Translations under genes and position numbers: made by a program
Part shown: positions 30,811-41,608 of the stretch, in pieces
How positions within the stretch are numbered: the first letter of the stretch is position 1
Layout of the letters: every line of letters starts with the position of its first letter
Source: a bacterium
Lineage (GTDB): Bacteria; UBA10199; 2-02-FULL-44-16; JAAZCA01
Length of the DNA: 64,000 bases
Reading direction: 5' to 3'
Assembly (NCBI GenBank): GCA_963674695.2
Contig: CAXXGI010000003.1
Coordinates: 608,001 to 672,000, forward strand
The notes under the pieces: generated by a model
The model's database searches: none
The model's input: the letters and a program-made list of their open reading frames with translations, nothing else
What the model was told of the DNA's origin: nothing

Positions 30811-31505
30811 TGCCAGTCACTCATACCCTTCTCAAACGGCAATTGCGGAAGATCTTCGGCGAGGGATATGAGATCCCCGAGCCAATGCGGCCATTGATCG
30901 ATGCGGTGGACGAGGCCTACCAGAGCTTCGACGCCGATCGCCTCCTCCTCGAGCGCTCGCTCGACCTGACCTCACGCGAAATGTCCGAACAGAAGGAATC
31001 GCTCAGGCGACTCGCTGATGAATGGCAGACGACCTTCGACTCGGACAACGACCTCATCCTGGTCATCAGCCATGACCAGCGCGTCATCAGGATCAACCGC
31101 GCCACCTGTGCGTTTCTGGAAAAACCGGCCGAGGAGATCATCGGCAAGCATTGCTGGGAACTCTTTCACGGCACGAAGGCCCCGCCGGACTTTTGTCCCT
31201 ATCGGCGCGTACTCGAGAGCAAGCAGCGCGAGTCGGCTGAGCTCCATCTGAAGGAGAAGAATATCTGGATCTCCGTCGTCGTCGATCCCATCCTCGACGA
31301 GCAGGACGACGTAGTCGGCGCGGTCCAGATTTCCAGAGACGTCACCGAACGCAAGCGCACAGAGCAAGATCTCGAAGCGAAGATGAAGCAACTTGCGAAG
31401 CTCAACGAGATCATGTTGACGCGAGAAATTCGTGTCGTCGAGATGAAGGAAGAGGTCAACACCCTCCTCAAAGAACTTGGACGAAAACCGAAGTACGCGG
31501 GGTAA
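30807..31505 (+). CDS. PAS-domain protein with no recognisable output domain
   Basis: HTLLKRQL N-terminus, EWQTTFDS, IIGKHCWELFHG..CP, RDVTERKR, terminal coiled coil. Confidence 0.85.
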   Translation: MMPVTHTLLKRQLRKIFGEGYEIPEPMRPLIDAVDEAYQSFDADRLLLERSLDLTSREMSEQKESLRRLADEWQTTFDSDNDLILVISHDQRVIRINRATCAFLEKPAEEIIGKHCWELFHGTKAPPDFCPYRRVLESKQRESAELHLKEKNIWISVVVDPILDEQDDVVGAVQISRDVTERKRTEQDLEAKMKQLAKLNEIMLTREIRVVEMKEEVNTLLKELGRKPKYAG

Positions 31506-31533
31506 CGGGATAAGCACTTCAACAGTGAACAGC

Positions 31534-31565
31534 AAAAGGCCGGGGTTGCCCCCGGCCTTGTTTTT
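31534..31565. terminator. Bidirectional intrinsic terminator between convergent genes
   Basis: AAAAGGCCGGGG-TTGC-CCCCGGCCTTGTTTTT. Confidence 0.8.
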
Positions 31566-31586
31566 CATCTCATCCACCATTTCTAC

Positions 31587-34500
31587 CTACTCCGGAACGG
31601 TGATTTCGATCATCTCTGAATCTTCACCCTCAACTCCAACACTATTTTTCGTTCCGATGACGAAGATGTGCTCCGATCCTGGAGTCCAATCGGTCGGACA
31701 GTAATTGTCGTAGGAAAAGGACGTGGTTGTCACAAGTGTCGTCGTCACATAATTCCCATTCCCATCGATATATGGTTCTCCATCGATACCAAGGCCAACG
31801 CTCTTGATCAGATATCGATCTGCCAACGCAACGGGTCGCCAAGAAAATGCAATGCACCCATTCGCATACACGACCGACACCTCCGTCGGTGCAGGCGGGA
31901 CGTCAGTGGACGTGGAGGTTCGAGGTGTTGCTTCGACCTCATCTTGCGTGAGACTTCGCTCACCGAACTGATTGACGGCAAAGACCCGATACCGCCAAGG
32001 CACATCATTGATGAGATTGCGGTGCATGTAATACGTGTCCTCGAGAAATTTCGTGGTTACCAGCGGCGAGAGAACGTCAATCTCGTACCATCTGGCTTCA
32101 TTCACCGAATCCCACTCGATGAGGATCTGTTCATCTCCTGCAGTCGCGCGCACGTTTTGGGGCACCGCCGGAATTGTACCGATGACATCGACAAAGAAAG
32201 GAACAACAGCCGACGGCGTCTCGCCGATCGTGTTTACAGCGGAAATGATGAAATAGTAGGTCGTCCCTGTCGTCGTATAGTTAAAATACGTCGGTGAAGA
32301 GACGCCAGTACTCTTCTCTGCATGCTGCCCATCCTCGATGGAGAGCGATGGATCATCGGACCAGTAGAAATTGTACGAACTTGCTGCTGCAACCGGATTC
32401 CAGGTCAAGTACAGCGCCTTATTCGTCGGCACGCCGGATTGCTGAACCGTCACCACAGGGGCCATGGGGGCTTGCGTCGCCGCCGTCGGCGTCGCCTCTA
32501 CTATATCCGACGGCGCACTTTCATCGGTGATGGTTGCTCCATCGGTGATGAGCGCCATCACCTGAATGTAATAGAGCTGATCCTCCTGCAAACCCCACAG
32601 GCTCGCTGGGGAACCGCTAACGAGACTTCCCGTATAGGCCGTCCGCATCAGGGGAAGTTTCGTATCGAAGTAGATCTTGTATCGCGTCGCATTGGGGACA
32701 GGATCCCAAAAGACATTCAGTTCATCGGATCGAGAGCCCTGCTGCACACGGACATTCCCCGGGGTCAAGAGCGTTGAGGATGTTCTTTCGGGCGTTGCCT
32801 GAAGTCTCTGTTGACTGCAGTACGGCCAGCTCTCCCGAGTATCCTGCTCGGCGGTGATGCAATAGTAGTAGGTCGTTCCGTTCGTGAGTTCTTCGTGAAT
32901 ATAGTGGAAATTCGAGATACCCTCGATCTTCGTAGAACCTGGAACCGTACCGTGGCCAGTTGCCGAAAGGGGGCTTGTAGCCCAGAAGATGTTGAACGTC
33001 GCGGCGCCATTCGCATCATCCCATTCCCAACCGATCGTCGCCTTCCCGTCATCGGCCTGTACTTGAGCAGAGCTGACACCCGGAATGGCGTCCAACGGCG
33101 TTGCATGAACCTCATCCGAAGGTCCGCTCTCACCCTGCGCGTTTTCGGCCGTGACGACATAGTAATACGTCGTGCCATTGATCAGGCTGAAGTGTTGAAA
33201 GGGCGAAGCCGTACGCGTCACCGGCGTTCCCGCTGTTCCTCGCCCTGCCTCCGTCGACCAATAGATATTGTATTCGGTGGCTTCAGCAGATCCCGTCCAG
33301 GATACGGTCGCACTCCGATCTCCCGCCTCGGCGCTGACATTTGTGGGTACAGGCGGAATCTCCGCGGCCGCCTGAGGCGTAGCGGTGACCTCATTCGATG
33401 GCGCGCTTTCATTATCCTGCGCATCGAGGGCGGTGACGACGAAGTAAATGGGGAAAGCATTTCCGAGACCGTTCACTTGACACTGCGAGATGATGCCCGA
33501 ACAGGTCGTGTCGTAGGTGCCTTGTGCTCCGATCACTACGGGGCTCGTCGACGACCGGTATATCTTATGCTTCGTCAATCCATCCTGATCCCAAGCGATC
33601 ACCACATGCGCATCACCAGCGGTGACAACCTGTACGTTTTGCGGTGTCGGAGTTGTCGCTATCGGCGTGCCGCTCACTTCATTCGAGGCCACACTCTCGC
33701 CGTTTCCGTTCTTTGCCGTAACGATGAAATAATACGGCGTACTGTTGACGAGCGAAGTCACCGTTCCGGTGTGAGCACCCGTCACCTCCTGATGATCGGG
33801 CGAACTCACCGTCACGCCCGCAGTCGTAGACCAATAGATCGTATAGGCATTGGCATTCGTTACTTCCTCCCATGCCAATGAGATCAATCCATCACCTTCC
33901 GCTGTTTTTCGAAGATTCAGCGGAGCCGGAAGCGGCATAACCGCATCAACCATCGTCGTGAGGAGATACCCCAATTCCCCATCTGAATCGACGGCGCCAA
34001 CTTGATAGAAACAACGCATCCCCTGCCCGCATGCATGCGACACCTGCGTTCCCGAAGGCACATCGATGAACTGATTCAGATCGATCGTTCCCGTCATCGA
34101 CCAAAAGAGTCGATAACTCATAGCATTGACAACAGCATCCCAGCTCACATCGACGTTGTTCCCATTCACAATAGCAGCGACATTCAGCGGAGACGCGAGC
34201 CGGAGTTTTGCCTCCGCTTCATCCGACGGCACACTCGATCCGGCGCCATTGTGAGCAACGAGACGATAGTAGTAACGCTTTCCCCCCTCAAGATTCATAT
34301 GTTCAAAGGAATTGCCCGTTACGTCGACAATTTGTGAACCGTTCGGGTGAACGTTCGGCGTATTGCCCCAATAGATCGTGTAGTTATTGGCTGCGGTATC
34401 AGAACTCCAACTGAGTTTGATCTGCCCTGGAAATGCGGTCGCGACCAATCCCGTCGGTTTCTGCGGGGGCTGTGTCGCAGCGACAGGCGTTGCATTCACC

Positions 34501-35546
34501 TCCACTGACGGCAGGCCTTCACCGACTGCATTCATTGCCGTTACGACATAGTAATAGGTGGTTCCGTTTGTAAGCGATGTATGGATGTATGGATTCGAAA
34601 CATTGACGATCGGTGAACCGTTCTGCGGCGTCACCCCACTCATCTCTGAAAAATAGAGATTGGAGGACGTCGCCCCATCGACCGCATCCCAGCTCAATTC
34701 GAGCTGTGCATCGCCCGCTTCAATTATTACTCCATGAGGCGCATCAGGAGGAGCTAGCGGCGCCATGGGCATTGCACTCACCTCATCCGAGCGCTCGCTC
34801 TCACCGGCCGCATTGACCGCAATGACCGAATAGAAATAGGTCACGTCGTTGGTCAGATTCGAATGCACGAACGGCACCGGCCGATCCGTTAACCGTATCT
34901 CAGCTGGCAATTCACTCGTGTGATAGATGATGTCATAGGAATCTGCCGTAGTCGCCGGGGACCAATTGACGGTCACCATTGCATCGCCTGGGGTAGCGGT
35001 GACATCCTCCGGTTTTTCCGGAACGGCATCAGGCTCTTCCTGTTCCTTCGTCTTAAAATTCCAGATCTCCTCCTGGCCAAGCCGGTTTCCGGATCGATCT
35101 TTCACCGATGTGCGAACGATTGCCGTGTAGCGTGTGTCGTGATCGAGCCTCTCCATGGGGCGCAGCGAGGCACTGCGATCGGTCGCCGTGACGGTCGAGC
35201 GCAATTTTCCGGAGGGCCCAATGAGAAAAAAGGAGTTTTCGTTAACACTCGAATCCCTGAGGGTGCTGCTGAAACGCGCGGTCACATAGGTGTCGATGTT
35301 CACCTCATCCGCGCCATCGCTCGGCGTGACCTCCACGACGGACAAAGATGCCGTCTGATTATCGTCATCTCCCCCACCACCGCCGCGGACTTCGACGCCG
35401 TCGTCTTCGCTCCACCAGGTGGACCAGCTCTCGGAGAGGTCGTCGAAGACGGTGCCGGAATCATCCATACGCTTATGGCATCCGGTTGAACCGATGAGCG
35501 CGATGCAAGCGATTGCAACGATGGTCACCAGACGTGTGCGTGTCAT
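31587..35546 (-). CDS. Large lipoprotein: SbsA-type Ig-like domain plus about 12 fibronectin type III repeats
   Basis: Lipobox GSTGC; VTPSDGADEV...TARFS; repeated P..P.V.A.AGD...SW...Y.IYW...L.NGTTYYY.VTA.N..GE. Confidence 0.88.
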   Translation of the reverse strand: MTRTRLVTIVAIACIALIGSTGCHKRMDDSGTVFDDLSESWSTWWSEDDGVEVRGGGGGDDDNQTASLSVVEVTPSDGADEVNIDTYVTARFSSTLRDSSVNENSFFLIGPSGKLRSTVTATDRSASLRPMERLDHDTRYTAIVRTSVKDRSGNRLGQEEIWNFKTKEQEEPDAVPEKPEDVTATPGDAMVTVNWSPATTADSYDIIYHTSELPAEIRLTDRPVPFVHSNLTNDVTYFYSVIAVNAAGESERSDEVSAMPMAPLAPPDAPHGVIIEAGDAQLELSWDAVDGATSSNLYFSEMSGVTPQNGSPIVNVSNPYIHTSLTNGTTYYYVVTAMNAVGEGLPSVEVNATPVAATQPPQKPTGLVATAFPGQIKLSWSSDTAANNYTIYWGNTPNVHPNGSQIVDVTGNSFEHMNLEGGKRYYYRLVAHNGAGSSVPSDEAEAKLRLASPLNVAAIVNGNNVDVSWDAVVNAMSYRLFWSMTGTIDLNQFIDVPSGTQVSHACGQGMRCFYQVGAVDSDGELGYLLTTMVDAVMPLPAPLNLRKTAEGDGLISLAWEEVTNANAYTIYWSTTAGVTVSSPDHQEVTGAHTGTVTSLVNSTPYYFIVTAKNGNGESVASNEVSGTPIATTPTPQNVQVVTAGDAHVVIAWDQDGLTKHKIYRSSTSPVVIGAQGTYDTTCSGIISQCQVNGLGNAFPIYFVVTALDAQDNESAPSNEVTATPQAAAEIPPVPTNVSAEAGDRSATVSWTGSAEATEYNIYWSTEAGRGTAGTPVTRTASPFQHFSLINGTTYYYVVTAENAQGESGPSDEVHATPLDAIPGVSSAQVQADDGKATIGWEWDDANGAATFNIFWATSPLSATGHGTVPGSTKIEGISNFHYIHEELTNGTTYYYCITAEQDTRESWPYCSQQRLQATPERTSSTLLTPGNVRVQQGSRSDELNVFWDPVPNATRYKIYFDTKLPLMRTAYTGSLVSGSPASLWGLQEDQLYYIQVMALITDGATITDESAPSDIVEATPTAATQAPMAPVVTVQQSGVPTNKALYLTWNPVAAASSYNFYWSDDPSLSIEDGQHAEKSTGVSSPTYFNYTTTGTTYYFIISAVNTIGETPSAVVPFFVDVIGTIPAVPQNVRATAGDEQILIEWDSVNEARWYEIDVLSPLVTTKFLEDTYYMHRNLINDVPWRYRVFAVNQFGERSLTQDEVEATPRTSTSTDVPPAPTEVSVVYANGCIAFSWRPVALADRYLIKSVGLGIDGEPYIDGNGNYVTTTLVTTTSFSYDNYCPTDWTPGSEHIFVIGTKNSVGVEGEDSEMIEITVPE

Positions 35547-35587
35547 ATCGGGCTCCTTTGGGCGATTCCCCACCAAGTCTCTATTTG

Positions 35588-35603
35588 TGCAAGGGTTATA
35601 CCA
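35588..35603 (-). promoter_or_regulatory. Putative sigma54 (-24/-12) promoter of the FN3 lipoprotein
   Basis: Minus strand TGGTATAACCCTTGCA (GG-N10-GC), about 40 bp upstream of the ATG. Confidence 0.65.
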
Positions 35604-35640
35604 GAAATCGCTTTGAAATCAAAACTATAGCGACGTTTTT

Positions 35641-35757
35641 TCATCCTCCGGCTTGACCGGAGGATCCCGTGAAACCAATCGAGATTGCCCGATCAAGTCG
35701 GGCAATGACAAATATTATCAACAACCTGGATCCCCGATTACACCCTCGGGGATGACA
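35641..35757. repeat. REP-like cluster (GGCTTGACC / CCGATCAAGTCGG subtype)
   Basis: TCATCCTCCGGCTTGACCGGAGGATC...GAGATTGCCCGATCAAGTCGGGCAATGAC; related copy at 58424-58495. Confidence 0.85.
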
Positions 35758-35763
35758 CTCACT

Positions 35764-37335
35764 CTAGGCGGCAATTCTTTTCTGCCGACGGACCATCCCC
35801 ATGACCGCGCTGAACTCCTCGCGATTGATGAGCTTTGTCACGATGAGGAATGTGGCCATCCCCACACCGATGAGGCCGAAGAGCCAGACGGCGCGTTGCC
35901 AAAACACAAGTTCTTCCACCGGACCCATGAGCCACCGCCCGATCAGGAGCAGCCCCGCCATGAGGACCGTCGCGATACAGGTCTTTCCGATCGATGCGCC
36001 CAAACGCCGGATACCGATCGGGCCGACCTTGTGGCGAAACCAGATGAGCAGGATGAAGAAATTGGCGATCGAAGAGATGACCAGAGCGATCGCCAACCCG
36101 ACGTGTTTGAGTGGCCCCATGAGCAGGAGTGCGGCGACGGCGTTGACGGCCACCGCAATGGCGGAGACGATCACGGGGCGACGGGCATCCTTGAGGGCGA
36201 AGAACGCCGGCACGAGATTGCGCACGCCAGAGACGAACGGAATTTTGATCGCAAAGGCCGCCAGCGCGCCTGCCGTTGCCAGCGCAGTCGCCTCATCGAA
36301 CGCCCCGCGCTGGAAGAGGACCGAAACGGTGGGCAGTGCCAGGAGATAGAGCCCGACCGCCGAGGGGATCGTGATGAGGAAGGCCAGCCGCAGGCCGTAG
36401 TTCATCGTCTCCTTGAGGGCCTCGATATCCTTGGCGGCGGCATGATCCGACATGGTCGGCAATATCGCCGTAGCGATGGCGATGGCGAAGATCCCCAGCG
36501 GAAACTCGGAGATCCGATCGGCATACCAGAGGTAGGAGACGCTCCCGTCGGGCAGAAACGATGCCAAAAGCGTCACGATCAGGACGTTGAGCTGATAGAC
36601 CGCCGCGCCGAAGGCCGACGGGATCATCAGGAGCAAAAGCCCCTTGAGCGCGGGATGACGCCAGTTGAAGTTCAGTCGCGGCAGCATCCCCTCACGGACC
36701 AGCGACGGGATCTGCAGCGCCAGCTGCAAGATACCGCCGATGAGGACACCGATGGCCAGGCCGATCACGGGCGGATCGACGAACCGGGAGAAGACAGCCG
36801 CTCCCGTGATGATGCCCACATTGAGCAGTATCGGGGCGGCAGCCGGGGCGGCAAAGCGCTTGAGCGAGTTGAGAATGCCCATGGACAGCGCCACGAGACT
36901 GATCAGGAAGATGTAGGGGAACATCAGCCGTGTCAGAAAGACCGTCAGCTCGAATTTGCCGGCTTCCTTCGCAAACCCCCAGGCGATCAGCTTCACGAGA
37001 AAGGGGGCGAACAGGACCCCCAAGACGACCATGGCCACCAGGACGAGCGAGAGATAGGTGAAGACGATCGAGGCGACGCGCCGCCCCTCTTCCCGGGATT
37101 TCTTGAGATATTCCGTATAGATCGGAACAAAGGCGACCGTGAGCGCCCCCTCGGCCACGAGACGACGCAGGAGGTTCGGAATGCGGAAGGCTACATAGAA
37201 GGCATCGGCCATGCGGCTGGCCCCGAAGGCCCAGGCCAGCACCGCATCGCGGACGAGACCCAAAATACGGGAGAGAAAGGTATAGAAGCTGACGGTTCCG
37301 ATGCGGCGGCTGATCTGGTGCGTCTCTTCGCTCAT
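35764..37335 (-). CDS. murJ: Lipid II flippase MurJ
   Basis: SRILGLVRD, ADAFYVAFRIPNLLRRLVAEGAL, YADRISEFPLGIF, LFQRGAF. Confidence 0.97.
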   Translation of the reverse strand: MSEETHQISRRIGTVSFYTFLSRILGLVRDAVLAWAFGASRMADAFYVAFRIPNLLRRLVAEGALTVAFVPIYTEYLKKSREEGRRVASIVFTYLSLVLVAMVVLGVLFAPFLVKLIAWGFAKEAGKFELTVFLTRLMFPYIFLISLVALSMGILNSLKRFAAPAAAPILLNVGIITGAAVFSRFVDPPVIGLAIGVLIGGILQLALQIPSLVREGMLPRLNFNWRHPALKGLLLLMIPSAFGAAVYQLNVLIVTLLASFLPDGSVSYLWYADRISEFPLGIFAIAIATAILPTMSDHAAAKDIEALKETMNYGLRLAFLITIPSAVGLYLLALPTVSVLFQRGAFDEATALATAGALAAFAIKIPFVSGVRNLVPAFFALKDARRPVIVSAIAVAVNAVAALLLMGPLKHVGLAIALVISSIANFFILLIWFRHKVGPIGIRRLGASIGKTCIATVLMAGLLLIGRWLMGPVEELVFWQRAVWLFGLIGVGMATFLIVTKLINREEFSAVMGMVRRQKRIAA

Positions 37336-37442
37336 ATCTCCCTTTCTGCGCTATTAGTGGAGCGATTTCCTTGACATGCCGCCGAACCTTATGCTAGCCA
37401 CGGTCTCCCCTCGAGGCACCCGGTGAGGGAAGGAGAATCATA

Positions 37443-37724
37443 ATGGCTACAGATCGTTTACGCAAGAAGATCGGCGTCGGCAGACACGCCTCATCCATCA
37501 AGCGCGACCGCCAGAACGAAAAGCACAACGCGCGCAATCGTCATGCGCGTTCCACCATGCGCACCATCATTAAGAAGGTCCGCCAGGAGCTCACGCTCGA
37601 CACGCTCAAGGCCAGTACGCCGGTCATCGCCAAGGCGGCCAAAAAGGGTCTGATCCACCGGCGCAAGGCCTCGCGCATGATCTCGCGCCTGACCAAAGCG
37701 GTGAACAAGGAAAATGCGTCGTAA
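37443..37724 (+). CDS. rpsT: 30S ribosomal protein S20
   Basis: HASSIKRDRQN...RN...RSTMRTIIKKV, KGLIHRRKASR. Confidence 0.93.
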   Translation: MATDRLRKKIGVGRHASSIKRDRQNEKHNARNRHARSTMRTIIKKVRQELTLDTLKASTPVIAKAAKKGLIHRRKASRMISRLTKAVNKENAS

Positions 37725-37752
37725 ACGGCACCCATCCACAGATCGCAATACC

Positions 37753-37787
37753 AACAGCCGCTTCTCTCCGAAGCGGCTGTTTTTTTT
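37753..37787 (+). terminator. Intrinsic terminator after rpsT
   Basis: AACAGCCGCTTC-TCTCC-GAAGCGGCTGTT followed by a T run. Confidence 0.88.
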
Positions 37788-37797
37788 GAGATATGGG

Positions 37798-37866
37798 TGT
37801 CATTCCCGCGAACGCGGGAATCTCGCCGTTTTTTCAATCGAGATCCCCGTTTTCACGGGGATGACA
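37798..37866. repeat. REP-like doublet
   Basis: TGTCATTCCCGCGAACGCGGGAATCTCG...CGAGATCCCCGTTTTCACGGGGATGACA. Confidence 0.9.
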
Positions 37867-37900
37867 AACAAGAGTACCGGGGTGAGCTTCTCTGAAGCGT

Positions 37901-38905
37901 TCACTTCTTCACGATTTCGATGAAGGCGCGTTCGAGGATACGCAGGGAGGAGACGCGACTCGACTTGAGCTCGCGGTCGCATCGGTGCAGAACGCGGAAC
38001 GCGCGCTTGAGCTCGCTCATGGAGAAGTTGCGCGACTGTCCCATGTAATTCTTTGCATAGAAGGGATGCACGCCGAGATACTTGGCGATCTGGGCGTTGT
38101 CGTTCATGCGCCCACCGACCTCGCGCGCCTTGATGAGAATTCGGAAGTGGCGCGCCAGCATGCGCAGGATCATGAGGGGATGTTCCCCGCCGCTCAGGAT
38201 GTTTTCCAGATATCCCATCGCCTTGGTGAGCTTGCGCTGTCCCACCGCATCGGTCAGCTCGAAGATCGTGTGCTGATGCGTCTCCGCGACCGATTCTTCG
38301 ATATCCTTGAGATCGATCACCTTCCGATCACCGATGTAGATGGCCACGCGTTCGATCGCTTGAATGAGCTGCCCCAGATCGTTTCCCACCAGGTCGGACA
38401 AAAAACGCGCCGCTTCCTGTGAGATCTGCAGGTTGCGGCGACGCACCTCCATGTTGATCCAGCCGGGGATCTGGTTGTCATAGAGCGGCTTGCACTCGAC
38501 GATGGCGCCCTTCTTCCGCATGGTCTGCATGAAGCGCGTGCGGCCATCGAGTTTCTCCGCCTGAACGACGACCGTCGATCCCTCGGCAGGACTGGCGAGA
38601 TAATCGGTGAGCGCTTCAACGGTATCTTTCGGGAGTTTCTCCGCATCGCGCAGTACGACCAGCGTACCTCCGCCCCCGAAGAGCGAGACGTTGCGCAGGG
38701 CACTCATGACCGCCTCCGCCTTCGCCTCGCGCCCGTCGTAGACATGACGCATCGATTCCCCACTGGAAGCCGTTTCTCCCTTGGTGACGGTCTCCTGAAT
38801 GCGCCGCATCGCCCCCTGGGCGAGATACGCCTCGGCGCCGACGACCGCATAGGCGGGTCGAATCGTTCCTGCGCGCAGTTCCTTGTCGAGTGCCGTGATA
38901 TCCAT
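37901..38905 (-). CDS. holA: DNA polymerase III delta subunit
   Basis: PAYAVVGAEAYL, SLFGG, LVGNDL, IFELTDAV, LGVHPF, DRELKSS. Confidence 0.93.
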   Translation of the reverse strand: MDITALDKELRAGTIRPAYAVVGAEAYLAQGAMRRIQETVTKGETASSGESMRHVYDGREAKAEAVMSALRNVSLFGGGGTLVVLRDAEKLPKDTVEALTDYLASPAEGSTVVVQAEKLDGRTRFMQTMRKKGAIVECKPLYDNQIPGWINMEVRRRNLQISQEAARFLSDLVGNDLGQLIQAIERVAIYIGDRKVIDLKDIEESVAETHQHTIFELTDAVGQRKLTKAMGYLENILSGGEHPLMILRMLARHFRILIKAREVGGRMNDNAQIAKYLGVHPFYAKNYMGQSRNFSMSELKRAFRVLHRCDRELKSSRVSSLRILERAFIEIVKK

Positions 38906-38930
38906 ATGGGTACCTCTAGTTTTTTGGGTT

Positions 38931-39094
38931 TGTCATTCCCGCAGAAGCGGCCTGCCCGCCGGTTGTGTGGCGGGGGAATCTCGCTTTTTACGAAACATCG
39001 AGATCCCCGCATTCGCGGGGATGACACAGCCAAGTCCACCGAGATTCCCGCTGGAGCCTGTCCCCGAATGATTGAATCGGGGGCGGGAATGACA
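38931..39094. repeat. REP-like cluster with two nested insertions, filling the leuS-holA gap
   Basis: 24-bp insertion at 38951-38974; CCTGTCCCCGAATGATTGAATCGGGG inside the last unit. Confidence 0.85.
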
Positions 39095-39130
39095 AAAATC
39101 GGCACAATCGCCTTTTCCTGACAGGGACTA

Positions 39131-41560
39131 CTACGCCACGATATTGACGAGTTTGCCCGGCACCACGATCACCTTTCGCGGTTCGCCGTTCAGATGCGCT
39201 TGCACCTTCTCGCACGCGAGCGCCTGCGCCTTCAACTCCTCCTCGGAGATATCCGACGGGACTTCGATTCGATCGCGCAATTTCCCCGAGACCTGCACGA
39301 TGATCGTCATCGTATCGCTCACGAGCCACTTCTCCTCGAAGACGGGCCACGCTTCCTCGAGCGTGGAGCGCGTGTGCCCGAGCGCACGCCAAAGCTCTTC
39401 CGCCGCATGCGGTGCAAACGGCGAGATGAGGATCACGAGCATCTCGATTGCCCCACGTGAAATATCCGTGCGTTCGAGCGTGTACAGAAAGTTCACATAC
39501 TCCATGATCGCCGCGATCGCCGTGTTGAAATGATAGCGCTCGATATCCTCGGTGACCTTCTTGATCGTGCGGTGACGCATGCGCAGCTCGTCCTCGCATT
39601 CGCCCGCATCACCAGGCAACTCCATCCACCCGGCCACTATGCGCCAGACGCGCTGCAGAAACCGATAGGCCCCCTCGATTCCCTTGTCGTTCCACTCCAG
39701 GTCCTTCTCGGGGGGAGCGGCGAAGAGCGAGAAGAGGCGCACCGTGTCGGCACCGTTCTTCTCGATCATCTCGTCCGGATCGACGACGTTCCCCTTCGAC
39801 TTGCTCATCTTGGCGCCGTCTTTGTAGACCATGCCCTGGGTCATGAGGTTCTTCACCGGTTCATCGATATCGATGAACCCCAGGTCGCGCAGGATCTTCG
39901 TAAAATAGCGACAGTAGATGAGGTGCCCCACGGCGTGCTCGATGCCGCCGATGTATTGATCGACCGGCATCCAATAGCGCACCGCCTTCGAATCGACCGG
40001 ACCGGTGTCACACTTCGGAGAGGTATAGCGCAACATATACCAGGAGGACTCGACGAAGGTGTCCATGGTGTCGGTCTCGCGCCGCGCCTCTTTGCCGCAC
40101 TTCGGACAGGCGGTGTTCACAAATGACGCCACCTGTGCGAGCGGCGATCCCCCCTCGCCCGTGAGCGGCACGTCCATGGGGAGCACGACCGGGAGGTCGG
40201 CCTCAGGTACGGCAACCGCGCCGCACGCATCGCAATGGATGATCGGAATCGGTGCGCCCCAATAGCGCTGCCGCGAAATACACCAATCCTTCAGCCGAAA
40301 GGTCGTGGTCGCCCCGCCGATGCCCTGTTTTTCGAGATCGGCCGCGATGGCGTCGATCGCCTTTCGGTTCGGCATGCCGGTAAAATCGCCCGACTCGACG
40401 AGGACGCCCTCGCCCTCCCAGGCCGCCGTCATCGTCTTCGCATCGAGCGCCTCGCCATCCGGCTGGATGACCACCTTGATGTCGAGGCCGTACTTTTTCG
40501 CAAACTCGAAGTCGCGCTGGTCATGTGCCGGAACCGCCATGACCGCACCCGTGCCGTATTCCATCAGGACGAAGTTGGCGGCATAGACCGGCATCTTCCA
40601 TCCGGTGACGGGGTTGATACAGTACGCGCCGGTGAAGACGCCGTCTTTTTCGTAGCTCCCCTCGAGCCATGCCTGGTGATCGATCTTCGCGGTCCGCGCG
40701 ATGAACGCCTCGATCGCCTCCTCCTGCCCGTTGGCCTTGGCCAGCGCGCGCACCATCGGATGCGTGCAGGCCAGGCTCATGAACGTGGCGCCGAAGAGCG
40801 TGTCGGGGCGCGTGGTGAAGACGCGGATCTTCTCCTCGCTTCCGTCGATCGCAAAATCGATGTTGGCGCCATGGCTCTTGCCGATCCACTCGCGCTGCAT
40901 CGTGCGCACGCGCTCGGGCCAGCCCTCGAGTTTGTCATCGATGTCGGCGAGCAGCTCCTCGGCATAGTCGGTGATGCGCAGATACCACTGCGACATCGAG
41001 CGCATCTCCACCTGCGAATCGCAGCGCCAACACTGCCCGCCCTCGACCTGCTCGTTGGCCAGGACCGTATTGCAGGTCGGGCACCAGTTGATCGGCGACT
41101 CCTTCTTATAGGCTGCTCCCCGCTCGAAGAGTTTGGTGAAGACGAGCTGTTCCCATCGATAATAGTCGGGATCGCACGTGGCGAACTCGCGGCTCCAATC
41201 GTAGGAGAGCCCCAGGCGTTTGAGCTGCGCGCGCATCGTGTCGATATTCTCATGTGTCCACTGCGCCGGATGTACGTTGTGCTTGATGGCGGCGTTCTCC
41301 GCGGGCATGCCAAAGGCGTCCCAGCCCATCGGATGGAGCACCTTCACGCCCTCCATCATGCGAAAGCGCGCGGCGACATCGCCGATGGTATAGTTGCGCA
41401 CATGCCCCATGTGGATGCGCCCGGACGGATATGGCAGCATCTCGAGGAGGTAGTACTTCTCCTTCCCCGGCTCCTCGTCGACGGCAAACGCGCCCGACTC
41501 CTCCCAATGCTTCTGCCACTTGGGTTCGATGGTCTTTGGATCGTAGGTCATTTCGGTCAT
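39131..41560 (-). CDS. leuS: Leucine--tRNA ligase
   Basis: HMGH and KMSKS motifs, [22 protein letters not shown]. Start MTEMTY after GAGG. Confidence 0.98.
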   Translation of the reverse strand: MTEMTYDPKTIEPKWQKHWEESGAFAVDEEPGKEKYYLLEMLPYPSGRIHMGHVRNYTIGDVAARFRMMEGVKVLHPMGWDAFGMPAENAAIKHNVHPAQWTHENIDTMRAQLKRLGLSYDWSREFATCDPDYYRWEQLVFTKLFERGAAYKKESPINWCPTCNTVLANEQVEGGQCWRCDSQVEMRSMSQWYLRITDYAEELLADIDDKLEGWPERVRTMQREWIGKSHGANIDFAIDGSEEKIRVFTTRPDTLFGATFMSLACTHPMVRALAKANGQEEAIEAFIARTAKIDHQAWLEGSYEKDGVFTGAYCINPVTGWKMPVYAANFVLMEYGTGAVMAVPAHDQRDFEFAKKYGLDIKVVIQPDGEALDAKTMTAAWEGEGVLVESGDFTGMPNRKAIDAIAADLEKQGIGGATTTFRLKDWCISRQRYWGAPIPIIHCDACGAVAVPEADLPVVLPMDVPLTGEGGSPLAQVASFVNTACPKCGKEARRETDTMDTFVESSWYMLRYTSPKCDTGPVDSKAVRYWMPVDQYIGGIEHAVGHLIYCRYFTKILRDLGFIDIDEPVKNLMTQGMVYKDGAKMSKSKGNVVDPDEMIEKNGADTVRLFSLFAAPPEKDLEWNDKGIEGAYRFLQRVWRIVAGWMELPGDAGECEDELRMRHRTIKKVTEDIERYHFNTAIAAIMEYVNFLYTLERTDISRGAIEMLVILISPFAPHAAEELWRALGHTRSTLEEAWPVFEEKWLVSDTMTIIVQVSGKLRDRIEVPSDISEEELKAQALACEKVQAHLNGEPRKVIVVPGKLVNIVA

Positions 41561-41608
41561 GATGGTCCTCGTATAGTGTGTCGAACCTGTCCGGAAACTG
41601 GTTTTTGC

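Noticed and set aside
27187-35760. Prophage or integrative element
   Set aside because: Accessory-looking, but no integrase, tRNA attachment site, direct repeats or phage genes were seen
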